NCBI GenBank assembly: GCA_040285745.1
Contig: JAUFOR010000006.1
Coordinates: forward strand, 372,001 to 436,000
Reading direction: 5' to 3'
Origin: Barthelona sp. PCE
Lineage: Eukaryota
DNA length: 64,000 bases
Positions 30,762 to 41,190 of this stretch are shown here, one piece after another. The translations under genes were made by a program, and so were the position numbers. How positions within the stretch are numbered: position 1 is the stretch's first letter; each line of letters opens with the position of its first letter. The notes beneath the pieces were generated by a model. That model was not told where the DNA came from, searched no databases, and was given only the letters and a program-made list of their open reading frames with translations.

Positions 30762-33700
30762 TTATTCATTCATTTCACTCCGTTCAGAACATAAAGATAT
30801 AACGTTTTCAATTGTCTGATCCAGCTGCTGAATGTGCGAATTCATATCGTTATCGTAGTCCATTGAGCTTTCACTTTCAGACTTAAACGTTTCCTCAGCA
30901 CGACGCTTCAACAGAGCATCAAGCGTTGTTCTTTGCACGTTATTCAAGTGCACAGTATCGTTGCCCTCATACATACTTGATATCTCATTACTTGCATCGA
31001 TGGCAGAATCCAACAAAAACGATTGGAAATGGGATTCAGGCTTTAACAAAGATTTTAGCATCAAATTAGACTGGACCGGAGAGGTAGAAGCGGTGGTAAA
31101 AAGCTTGTTTTGCTTGTTTTCATGGAAATCAAATTCGTAGGATCCCATCGTTGAGAAACTTGAATTCGAGTGTGACTTGGACATATCTGATGATGAAACG
31201 TCCATTTTCATTGCATTCATGACAACAGGCTCCATCTTATCGAGCGGTTGTGTATCAATCCAAGCAGGTAACTTTTTTCCAACAACTTGTGAAATACTGA
31301 TTTGCTTCTTGAAAAAAGTCTTTTCCTTCGATTTCTTAGCCTTTTCATGCTTTTCTTCGCTTGCAGGGAAGAATTGATAAGGATTCTGCGTCGAGTCACA
31401 GTCGTAACGTAACTTAACATTGTCCTTTGTGTTATTCTGCACAAAAGAATCGATATTAAGAAACACAAGATACTTGGGCAGAGTCATGCCAGGTACAAAG
31501 CTTGTCTTATTACCGACGACATGCGTGGCAACAACGACAACTAAATATCCAGTTTTTTCACTGATAGTAACCGGTTTGCAAAATTCAACAGCAGTAGAAA
31601 TATCACTATGCAACTGCAATGGCATCTGGCTAAAAAGTCCGCTTGATTTAAAGTGTTCGTAGTCTGAAAGATTTCGTAGGGACAGATACATGTAGCGTTC
31701 GTGTGTACCGGCTGCGATACGCGCACATTGCTGTTGTCTACATGCATATATGCGAGACAGAACACCCTGGGCTTCTTGGGCGACGTACACTGCATGAGAA
31801 CTCTTAACCCAGTATAAAGACCTCTTGAAAAAATTATCATCAAGTAGGAGCTGAACCTTCCGCAGACGATCATACCACTCCTGGTTCTCCCATGGCGTAT
31901 TCATATGCATCTCCGAGCTGATAGTCTCACCGCTTTCTTCGTTGATGGACGTCATCGATGGATCTGTCTGATTGTAATTGGATGGAAATGGATTGGATCT
32001 GGGGTTGATGTAGGATTCAAACATTTTGAACTGCTCCTCAGCCTTGCCATTGTCAACAAATAAACAGTATTGGTGAATTCCACTGCGGTGACTCATGATA
32101 CAACTTGGCAGCGCTGGAATAGACCAGCAAAATGAATGCTTGAGTTGAAAGATCTCATCACAAGTGGCGTGCAGGTCGTACAGACCATCAAAGCTGGTGA
32201 ACAAATCAACGGTTTCAATGCTGAAGTTGAAGAGCAGCTTCTGAAAGTCCTCCGTCCCCTGGAATGTAAGGAACCGATCTCTTTCATCAGGTATGACGTT
32301 CGAAGCAAAGAAAAAGCCGAGCTTGTACGTGGAAGGCAACGCTTTTGAGTAGAGGTCGTTGAGGGGATATATGCTTGGATTTCTAGAAAAAATGACGATT
32401 TTTCCCGGTTGATTCAATTCACAACCTTCTTCACGCTTTAGTCTTGTTCCATTCATTAAAAATGAGTGAGAAATCGAATTATACTCTTCGAATGGAACGC
32501 ATCTGACTTTGTCATTCTCAAATGAAAGCACCATTGTGCTGTCATAGTGAGTATTGTTGAGCGTTGTGATCGGCTGCCAGTTCCATGGTTTGACGCCAGT
32601 GGTATGCGACATTGTAGTCATCATCATATTGTATATATCATTGGCGTCAGACTCACGGAAGAAGGCCTTTAGCATTGTTGACGTCTCATCGTCCATATTC
32701 ACAAACATTTCAAATCTCTTTTTGTACTGCAGGAATGACGATGCGCTCATGATAATGATCTCATTCTCCTTGGGTATCAGTGGGTCAATGTGTTTGATGG
32801 TGATTCGGAACGAGTCATGGATCTGGAAATCAAAAAAGGGAAGCCTGTCCATGTTGACGATGCAATCATTTTCATTCTGAAAGAAATTGGTCATCAATGG
32901 TATGGTGCTAGATTTTGGTGATATAAAAGCAAAAGATTCATCTTTGACTATATTGGCGCAGTATTTATCATAAAGGTCTCTGATACTAGTCTGTAGATGA
33001 TAGAACTGATAAGAATCCAAGATACCATGGCAGACAATAGGCTCATCCATGCACAATGACTCTTCACTAACAGATACTTTGTAACGATTTGCAATGTCAC
33101 GGATGTGGTCTATGTACTTCTTGTAGAAGAACCTGTCGTATATAGTAAAACAAAGGTATTTCCTAAACTTGTTCTTGAGTAAGCACATATCACTTGCGAG
33201 AATGGTAATACTAACCTTCATGTTTGAGAAACTAAACTCCAGAGGAATGCCCTTTTTCCTGCAAAATCTGGATATACTCAACAGATAATCCGTCATGTGA
33301 CACAGGTTAAGTTGGTGCTGAGTGAAAGTGGGCAGAACCAATGAGCGTTTTGTTACTGCAGTAGTGGTTTTGATATACTTAATAATCTGTTCTGCACGTT
33401 GAGGTGAGCACTTGATGTGGAAGTATCCACTCATAAAGTCTTCACTGCTTGTGTTACAGATCTTACCTGGATCAAAATCAAAGAATTCGTCCTCAATGAT
33501 CTCTCGCATTTTTTCTTTGTTCTCTGAGTAAATGAATTTGATTTCCACACTGGGGGAACTGTGCTTGATAAACTGAATGATCTGATCAGGATGAGCATCG
33601 TGTGCAGGGTTGAGAGGCAGCAATTTAGCAACGCAACGGAACTCGGTTCTATTTAGATAACTGATCAAACGAGATGCAAATTGTGTTGTTGGTCCGAATG

Positions 33701-35645
33701 GTCCGCTGACGTTGACTAGAGACTGCTTTTTGTTGTACTTATATATCACGTTAGGTGGTGTATTGAACCTAAAATCAAGCGATGAATGGTCTTTTCCTAA
33801 AGGGATACTGTATCCTACAGTTAAATTCTTGATTAAAAAGCTTAACATGTCTTTAATAGGTCGAACGTCCAAAACAATGCATAGATTCCTGTATCTCGAG
33901 CATTTCATCGTGGTTCCCATAAGGGAAATATTCCAAGTAGCAGTGGATCCCTTATTTTTGTCATTCAGCCACATTTTCTGAATATGGTCGAATTTTTCAA
34001 AACACAAGATAGTAATCCAATTCAAACGCAAGCTGTCTTTGTCCACTAGGAGTTCATCCAGCATTTCCATAAAATATGCTCCATCGATCATTTGGGCGTG
34101 GAAGTGTGGAAGCTTTGGAATATTTGTGATTGTAGACTCTGCGGACAACATAGAAGAGTTGATAATATCAGTGTAGCTCATTGTCTGCGATGACTGAGAT
34201 AGTTGGAGCATACTGGTTGACAAGTCCAATTCAACCTCTTCTTCATCGCTCTTGGCATCAACCATATCCATTAGACTATGTGCAATTTCTGATTTTGCAT
34301 CTGATGGTAGCTGAGTCGGAGAGATAAAACTCTGGGCGTTTGTCATAGCAATGTTGTTTTTCGAGAAATACTCTGATACTGAAGAGATTGATTCCTTGTT
34401 CTCCCTCTTAAGTCGCGACTCAGCCGACATAGTTGGTGATATACGATCACATTGCACCATCTGCAACACGCGTTTACGATTTGCGTCCACCCAAATAAAA
34501 GATCCTTTGGGTAGAAACTGTGGAATACACAAGCGCAAAAAGTCTACAATTTGCTGATCGTCGATTTCATCTGTAGGGACTTCAAATTCAAACATGTCAT
34601 AAATAATAGGGTGTGTTTGGAAGAAGCGCTGGATACTCTCCAACGTCTTTATGCATGAATCGGATGAGTTGACAGGGGCAGTCAAGCTGAGGATAGCTGT
34701 GTTGCGTGCGAACAGAGTTATGCTGCCGCATGGCTCCTTGGCGTATTTGATGGTATCGTTTAGTTCTATGTCAACAGCCAAAACGCTCATTATGTACTTC
34801 AGTCTGAAATTAACTGCCACCCTGAAGTTCTCTCTCCATCTCACTAGTGGGTCACGACACGAGCATAAGAACGCAATATCCGCGACGTGAAGTGTCGTTT
34901 CGACAAAATTCGGTGTAAGGGAAGGACCAACGCGGTGGAGCTTAAAACCCGCTTCATCAGTGATCTTCAACGTGTTTCTAAGATCTTCTTCGTTGTTTAA
35001 GTGAATAAAGCAATTGGGTGGCCTGCCATCAATTGCAACAACATTACCGTGTTGGATGAGCCAGTCGAGTATATCTTCGTTTTCAAGTGCTTGTTTGAGT
35101 TGCAGAATACAAGATCCCACGCCCCACACCGGGTGGAAGTTGGATGGAGCAGAGAAGAGAGAGTAATCTCCTAAAACAAAACGCCGATGCCACTTATGAA
35201 AGTTTTTGGCGTGTTGGGCTGAATCGAAGAAAAAATAAAAGTAATAACGGTCTGGCTTACCAACCGCTCCTTTCACAACGCCGATATCATACACAGTCTT
35301 GGAGAATTTCCAATTATCCTCCGTGGATGAGGCTAAAACATTCCTCGAAGTCGACATGTATAAAAGCAATTCTCTGATTATTTCATCACTTATACGGGGG
35401 AAATAACCAACAAAAATACACGTGTCACGATCAGTAGGAAGCTTCCGGTAATACATTTTTGTGTTACGTCTGTTGGCTGGCTTTTTTTTGGACTTACGTT
35501 GCTTCTTTTGGGTATTATTTGCGGAAGCATCTTGATTTATATTAGTATTCTGTACACTGATCTTTTTTGCACCTTGAATAACTGTGCAGCTTGGTATTTG
35601 TTGATTCTGTGGTACAAAATACGGTTCTTTCCTTGGATTATTCAT
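30762..35645 (-). CDS. Large RRM-containing protein with degenerate C-terminal PARP-like domain (PARP14-like layout)
   Basis: N-terminal RRM (CIFVGYFP...YYFYFFFDSAQHA) and a second RRM-like unit (CFIHLNNEED). C-terminal HERYMYLS...HFKSSGL, VATHVVG, TLPKYLVFL align by eye to the PARP ER.LFHG...I...GF, .VLVG, YPEYLI. motifs. Confidence 0.55.
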   Translation of the reverse strand: MNNPRKEPYFVPQNQQIPSCTVIQGAKKISVQNTNINQDASANNTQKKQRKSKKKPANRRNTKMYYRKLPTDRDTCIFVGYFPRISDEIIRELLLYMSTSRNVLASSTEDNWKFSKTVYDIGVVKGAVGKPDRYYFYFFFDSAQHAKNFHKWHRRFVLGDYSLFSAPSNFHPVWGVGSCILQLKQALENEDILDWLIQHGNVVAIDGRPPNCFIHLNNEEDLRNTLKITDEAGFKLHRVGPSLTPNFVETTLHVADIAFLCSCRDPLVRWRENFRVAVNFRLKYIMSVLAVDIELNDTIKYAKEPCGSITLFARNTAILSLTAPVNSSDSCIKTLESIQRFFQTHPIIYDMFEFEVPTDEIDDQQIVDFLRLCIPQFLPKGSFIWVDANRKRVLQMVQCDRISPTMSAESRLKRENKESISSVSEYFSKNNIAMTNAQSFISPTQLPSDAKSEIAHSLMDMVDAKSDEEEVELDLSTSMLQLSQSSQTMSYTDIINSSMLSAESTITNIPKLPHFHAQMIDGAYFMEMLDELLVDKDSLRLNWITILCFEKFDHIQKMWLNDKNKGSTATWNISLMGTTMKCSRYRNLCIVLDVRPIKDMLSFLIKNLTVGYSIPLGKDHSSLDFRFNTPPNVIYKYNKKQSLVNVSGPFGPTTQFASRLISYLNRTEFRCVAKLLPLNPAHDAHPDQIIQFIKHSSPSVEIKFIYSENKEKMREIIEDEFFDFDPGKICNTSSEDFMSGYFHIKCSPQRAEQIIKYIKTTTAVTKRSLVLPTFTQHQLNLCHMTDYLLSISRFCRKKGIPLEFSFSNMKVSITILASDMCLLKNKFRKYLCFTIYDRFFYKKYIDHIRDIANRYKVSVSEESLCMDEPIVCHGILDSYQFYHLQTSIRDLYDKYCANIVKDESFAFISPKSSTIPLMTNFFQNENDCIVNMDRLPFFDFQIHDSFRITIKHIDPLIPKENEIIIMSASSFLQYKKRFEMFVNMDDETSTMLKAFFRESDANDIYNMMMTTMSHTTGVKPWNWQPITTLNNTHYDSTMVLSFENDKVRCVPFEEYNSISHSFLMNGTRLKREEGCELNQPGKIVIFSRNPSIYPLNDLYSKALPSTYKLGFFFASNVIPDERDRFLTFQGTEDFQKLLFNFSIETVDLFTSFDGLYDLHATCDEIFQLKHSFCWSIPALPSCIMSHRSGIHQYCLFVDNGKAEEQFKMFESYINPRSNPFPSNYNQTDPSMTSINEESGETISSEMHMNTPWENQEWYDRLRKVQLLLDDNFFKRSLYWVKSSHAVYVAQEAQGVLSRIYACRQQQCARIAAGTHERYMYLSLRNLSDYEHFKSSGLFSQMPLQLHSDISTAVEFCKPVTISEKTGYLVVVVATHVVGNKTSFVPGMTLPKYLVFLNIDSFVQNNTKDNVKLRYDCDSTQNPYQFFPASEEKHEKAKKSKEKTFFKKQISISQVVGKKLPAWIDTQPLDKMEPVVMNAMKMDVSSSDMSKSHSNSSFSTMGSYEFDFHENKQNKLFTTASTSPVQSNLMLKSLLKPESHFQSFLLDSAIDASNEISSMYEGNDTVHLNNVQRTTLDALLKRRAEETFKSESESSMDYDNDMNSHIQQLDQTIENVISLCSERSEMNE

Positions 35646-35846
35646 GACCGATGTGCCCCAGCAAAGAAAAATTAACGCACAACAAGAACTTGTGTTGGTA
35701 AAGGTGTAAATTACTAAAGCAATGTTTTGTATGGCCTACACTTCTGCACAAGCAATAAGTATTGCTCTTAACGTACTTGGTTGTGTTAGTTGACTGGTTA
35801 CGTGTTACGTTATTCATTTTCTATCCCTTTTCTTCACAATTTAGTT

Positions 35847-37145
35847 ATGTCAAAAAAAGAGGAAGCACCTAAGCGTGTAATCGGAACTCCGACTCGACTG
35901 CAACGTAAGATTCACGTAGAGATAGATCCTGCGACGGGAGAGTTAACAGGACTTCCTAAACATTTAAGACGACAGATGAGAGTTGATGGAGGCAAATCAT
36001 CGGCCTCTTCATCCAAGAGGAAGGTCATTTCAGAGCCTACAGGCTTTCAGCATCGGGTACATGTTTATTATGATCATGACCGTCAGAAATTTGTTGGTTT
36101 GCCCAAAGAATGGGAAGATCTTCTACAGGCCAGTGGTATTACAATTGAGGAACAGCAGGCACATCCGGACGAAGTGCTTGAATCTTTGAAATATTTCACT
36201 GATGGCATGCCTAAGCCTAGACCCCCACCACCAAAGCTCGCCGAGATCTCAGGAAAGCTCAATGCGGCCGCGCGTATCTCCCCCCGCGATCCCCGCAAGC
36301 TGTACGATTCTATGCGGCGCATTGGACAAGGAGGATCCGGCTGCGTGTATGTGGGAAATCGAATTAAGGACGGAAAGCGTGTCGCTATCAAGACGACAGC
36401 TATCACACAGCAGGTTGACTTACAGGCTTTGAAGAACGAGATAGCAATGGCGAGGACATCGCAGCATCCGTACATTGTCGAATATGTTCAGTCGTATTTG
36501 TGTAGACCGACGAACGAGCTCTGGATTGTCATGGAGTATTGCTCCGGTGGATCATTGACACAATTCTTATCAGCGAACCAGAGCTTGGAAGAGCGTGAGA
36601 TCGCAACCATTTGTCAACAGGTGCTGGAGTCTTTGGAATTCTTACATTCATCATATCGTATTCACCGTGATATTAAATCGGATAATATATTAATGACTGA
36701 GCAGGGAGATTGCAAACTGGCAGACTTTGGATTCTGCACTCAACTTACGGCTGAAAGCCATACGAGGCATTCAACGGTCGGAACGCCATATTGGATGGCA
36801 GTTGAGCTCATTAAGGGCGCGCAATACGATCACAAAGTTGATATATGGTCGCTTGGAATATTGTTATATGAACTCTGCGAAGGTCAACCACCTTATCTAG
36901 ATTTGCCACCTTTGCGTGCCATTTTCGTTATTTCAACACGAGGAGCACCAAATCTAAAGGAACCAAATAGATGGTCAAGCGAGCTACGTGATTTTATTAG
37001 TTTGTGCGTCAAGATCAATCCAGAAGAGCGACCCGAGGCAAGTCAATTGTTGCAACACCCGTTTTTGCAGAAGTACGACACAACAGATTCATCTATCCTT
37101 GTACCTAAGGTTGATCGCACGAGAGAGAAATATCGTTTATTATAA
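35847..37145 (+). CDS. PAK: p21-activated (Ste20/PAK) kinase with two CRIB motifs
   Basis: CRIBs IGTPTRLQRKIHV..D...GLP and ISEPTGFQHRVHV..D...GLPKEW; kinase motifs GQGGSG, VAIK, HRDIKSDN, DFGFC, VGTPYWMA. ATG 35847. Confidence 0.93.
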   Translation: MSKKEEAPKRVIGTPTRLQRKIHVEIDPATGELTGLPKHLRRQMRVDGGKSSASSSKRKVISEPTGFQHRVHVYYDHDRQKFVGLPKEWEDLLQASGITIEEQQAHPDEVLESLKYFTDGMPKPRPPPPKLAEISGKLNAAARISPRDPRKLYDSMRRIGQGGSGCVYVGNRIKDGKRVAIKTTAITQQVDLQALKNEIAMARTSQHPYIVEYVQSYLCRPTNELWIVMEYCSGGSLTQFLSANQSLEEREIATICQQVLESLEFLHSSYRIHRDIKSDNILMTEQGDCKLADFGFCTQLTAESHTRHSTVGTPYWMAVELIKGAQYDHKVDIWSLGILLYELCEGQPPYLDLPPLRAIFVISTRGAPNLKEPNRWSSELRDFISLCVKINPEERPEASQLLQHPFLQKYDTTDSSILVPKVDRTREKYRLL

Positions 37146-37148
37146 AAT

Positions 37149-37646
37149 TTAATGATGGTTTTTGGCAAACTCGATGGCTTTTTCAATTGCCTCATCCTCA
37201 GAACTGTAGAATAAACACTGAACATCAGGACATCCTGCAACCATTGCACTGGCACGACAATCCTCTTTAAATAAGCATAAAATGGGTAAACCAAGATTCA
37301 TACAGTATGCAATTTCAAAACCAACACCATGTGAAGCTTGTGAACACTCTGCAATAACTACCTGTGAATTATCCATCCAATCTTTATCTCTCTGATAAAT
37401 TTCAGCATGCGTCATGTGCTTTTCAGAGGCAAATACCTCTAAGAGGCCTACGTGGTATGTGAGCACGTTTCCAATTTTTTGTAACTCGCACACAATCCTG
37501 TTGTATAGGGGTGCATCCTGTCTGCCTCCTCTTATACTGCCACAGAAGTAGATGTTGTAATCTTTATCCCCAGTACAAATGCTTGGATCATTATTCGTAT
37601 TACAGCCGCTTAGATCATTATCCCTGTTACAAACTCCGCCTTCCAT
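37149..37646 (-). CDS. DNPH1: 2'-deoxynucleoside 5'-phosphate N-hydrolase (Rcl/DNPH1)
   Basis: IYFCGSIRGGRQDA..Y, IYQRDKDW, VIAECSQASHGVGFEI, PILCLF, SAMVAG. Confidence 0.92.
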   Translation of the reverse strand: MEGGVCNRDNDLSGCNTNNDPSICTGDKDYNIYFCGSIRGGRQDAPLYNRIVCELQKIGNVLTYHVGLLEVFASEKHMTHAEIYQRDKDWMDNSQVVIAECSQASHGVGFEIAYCMNLGLPILCLFKEDCRASAMVAGCPDVQCLFYSSEDEAIEKAIEFAKNHH

Positions 37647-38199
37647 TGGTGCAAAAATCTGACCTGAAAGAAGTAAAAAAATTGAAAGTATGTTTATTCT
37701 TCATCAGATCAAAGAATGTAGTACTTAATCCAGCAAAAGTGAATTGTAAGCAAAAAGTATTCCAAACAGTGTAAGAATTTTTTTTTCTGCAAGCTATGAT
37801 CGAAATTCAGAATTATTTTGTTATAATAGCGCTATGTAGAACTATTTGATGGATGAATAAATCTTTGAATACTTCAAACACAAGCATTTGTGTATATTTT
37901 TTCTTCTTATTGTTTTAAGGAATATTTTTGATGTATGGTTTATTGTACATGGTTAAAAAGAGCATATTTTTGCTACTTTTAGAATCAAAATATATCTAAA
38001 TATCAAAGGATTGTTTGCAGTTGTGCAGGTGTTTTCTATTATTAGTAAGCGTAATTTTACTAGTGTAAAATCCAATATTTCACCAGGTGAACAACTATTA
38101 GTAATTTGAGTTGCATATTATTTGATGCTAAAGTTTGAAAATGCGCGCGCTTGTATTTCCTTTTCTACCACTCTTTCACGCCTTTCACATAAATAAGCA

Positions 38200-41078
38200 A
38201 TGTTTGGAAGGAAGCAAGAAGCACTGTTGACACAAACACAGCTTTCACGGGAATCCAATGAGTTTTCGGAAGTTGAATATCGATTGAAGAGCTCTTTGAA
38301 CAGTTTTAGTCCGAAGATTATTAATGTTTGGTCCATCGCAAACCCTCTTTTAACAGCAGAATTCGAGAGACGTTGTAAGGTATGAATTTAAAGGGAATTA
38401 TTGTATTATTTAACATTTAGGATATCCAAACTACAGCCGCATGGGTAGACACATCATTGCTCGACGACAGCAACAACGTAAGCGATGTTCTAAACAGAAA
38501 TTTCACGATTCCTACAGAAGGATTTCAATTGAGCGTTGGTTCACTTCCTCTTGTTCATCAAAACGTGGGCCCCCAGCGTTACGAGGCATTACTTTGTCTC
38601 ATGGGTATTGGAAAGGCACACATTGCTACAAAGGAACTCCTTACAACTCCCCCTACTATTCCTGCAGGATTTGATTCCCTTGTTCTGGAAAAGAACACTA
38701 CAGGAGTCGCAGGAGACTTCATCACACTGGCTAATGGTGCCAAGATCCATAAGGATTGTCATCATTTCCAGTATCTCATCAAGCATAACAGTCAGGTTCT
38801 GCCTTGCTATCTTATCCAGTTCGAATATGATCCCCTGAGCCCTGTCCAAGAGAACGTCGAGATCTGTGACTATTGTAACGAGAAGCGCGCAGAGGTTTAT
38901 TGCCTTCAAGATCAAATCACTTTCTGTGGTGAGTGCGACAGTAAGTTCCATGACCCAGACCCGGTTCTGAGACAGCACAAACGTGTGCCTATTACAGAAA
39001 TGCCCAAATCATTTGGCAACTGCCCTGAGCATGGTCTTCCATATCAGTTTTTCTGTCCTGAATGTTATATGCCTGTTTGTCTACACTGTAAGATGATTGG
39101 ACACCACTCTAGTGGCCCAGCAGCAAGCCACAAGCTTGTTCCTTTGAGTGATTTCTACAATAAGAAGATGCAAGAGAACGTTTCACTGGAAAAAGGAAGG
39201 AAAAAAATTAAGGCATCACTCAGAACACTCACAGAGCGAAAGATTGAGCTCAACCACAACATATCCGTTGTTGAAAAGCACGTGAGATCGCTGTTTGAAA
39301 AGGCCATGTCTCAGCTCTCTCACCTTGCTGGTTCTCGCTCGTTGGTCTTGGATTCACTAATTCTTGATGGATACAGACGCCTCGAGGAGTTTGATTCGGT
39401 CGAGGAGTTCATTGCTTTGGCAAAGAGCACGCTTCCTCCCATGGATTTCTTGAAGGCAGTCGTCCGTCATCGTACCCTGACACAGTCTGCTATGCAGCAC
39501 CTTGAGGTTGAGATCCCAACGTTCTCTCCAATCAATTCGACTGGAGAGGTCATGGTTCATGAAGGCACACATGACCCGATTGTGGATGACTTCAATAATT
39601 GGGGCGCGCAGCAGGATGATATTGCACAGAACTTTAAGAACCGCCTGCTGAGGGACCAGAACGGACTCCAGTCGTTCCTCCCACCTATGCAACCGAAAGA
39701 GCCCATGTTAGAGCAACCTTCCCAACCTGCACTCTCTTTCCCGCTTGATCCTGTACCTCAGCCCGTAATGGACGAGGCTGGAGCAGCTGAGGGTGTAGGT
39801 CTCGGTCTCGACACTGTTCAGCCACCTTCTACAAACTTCAGCGGATTTGGACTGTTCACTCCACGCCGTCGTAGACAGCAGTTTGACACTCCCTTTACGC
39901 TGAGCCCCAACATCTACAGCGATAGGAAGGATAAGGAGACGACTCCATATGTCGTGTTGACTGATACAAATCAGATCTTTACAGAACATGCTAGCGAAAT
40001 ATTAGCAGACCAGGTGAAACAAGAAGACGATGAGCAAGTTGCTGCTGAACCTGAAGAGGCTGTAGCAGAGCCAGCGCCATTCTTCAAGAACGCTTCAGTG
40101 GGTTCTATTGGGCTTTCTGGTCAAATGAAGCCTGTTGAGCTGGAGGAGCAAAGAAAGCCGTTTGAGTCTCCTATGTTGCAAAAGATAAAATCATCTTCTC
40201 ATTTTGAGAGAGCTGCAAAGGATATGGAGGGAAAAACAATTCCACAGCCTGTACAGGAACAGCCTCAACCAGCACCAATGCCTGTTCAACCTGTTCAACC
40301 TCAACCAGTTGTCGAACAACCTGTTATGACTCAGCCGAACTTTGAGGTATCACCAATGCTCGCTCTCACTCCCACAAAGAAGGAGGTGCAACCTCCAAAG
40401 GAGATTGATTCACCAATCAGCCCACCACCCGTCGCTCCCCAAGTGTTGTCGATAGAGTCCGTCATTGAACCTGACTACATGTTGAGTGTTCGCGCAGAGA
40501 AGCGCATGCACAGCAGAAGAGCTAGCGGTCGTGTCATCCCCACCGATGTGTTTGAGGGAAGCACGCTGCTTGTTGGTGAAGAGAAGCAGGTGTTGTACAA
40601 CGCACTTCCCTTCAAGGCAACCCCCATGACCCGTTCATTGTTTTCGTCAAAGAAGGGGGATAACAACCATAACCTTCGTGCGCTGCATAGCTGCGCTGAC
40701 CAGAGCGGCCCTTGTATCATCATTTGTCGCAGTGGAAACCATGTTTTCGGTGGTTATTCTTCTGGTCCTCTAAACACACTTGGAAACAGATTTGGTACAC
40801 CCAAGACCTTTTTGTTCTCGATCACAAACAACACTATTGTACCGTATACTGGAAGAGGTGATGTCAGCAGGATTTTGGTCGGTACTATTAATTCATTAGA
40901 GTTTGGATATGGTGATTTAAAGCTCGTTAATGATTTTACAAACTGTGAGTCTGCGGTTGAGAACTGCTACAGTTGTAATTTGCCAACAGATAGCGAATTC
41001 CCTGAAACATTATTGGCAGGATCAAAGGTGTTCGATATTGATGCCTGTGAGGTGTGGAACGTGATGCATAGACGCTAG
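38200..41078 (+). CDS. PARP-like fold + two B-boxes + coiled coil + TLDc protein (exons 38200-38379, 38421-41078)
   Basis: A 41-nt intron joins track ORFs 38200 and 38457 in frame. B-boxes CDYC...YCLQD...CGECD..FH...H.R and CPEH...FFCPEC..VCLHC...HH; C-terminal TLDc (LHSCAD..GP.III..SG..VFGGYS, TFLFS, FG.GDL, EVW). Confidence 0.85.
38380..38420 (+). other. Spliceosomal intron, 41 nt
   Basis: GTATGA...TTTAACATTTAG; removal restores the frame (RRCK|DIQT). Confidence 0.85.
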
Positions 41079-41190
41079 ATGCATACTGTAAAAGCTAAGT
41101 TCAAAAAGAGAAAATCTAATTAAAATGAACTAGTTTTGTAAAGACTATTTTCTGCCTTTTCACCCACTTTCGTTTCATGAGCATGGTATA

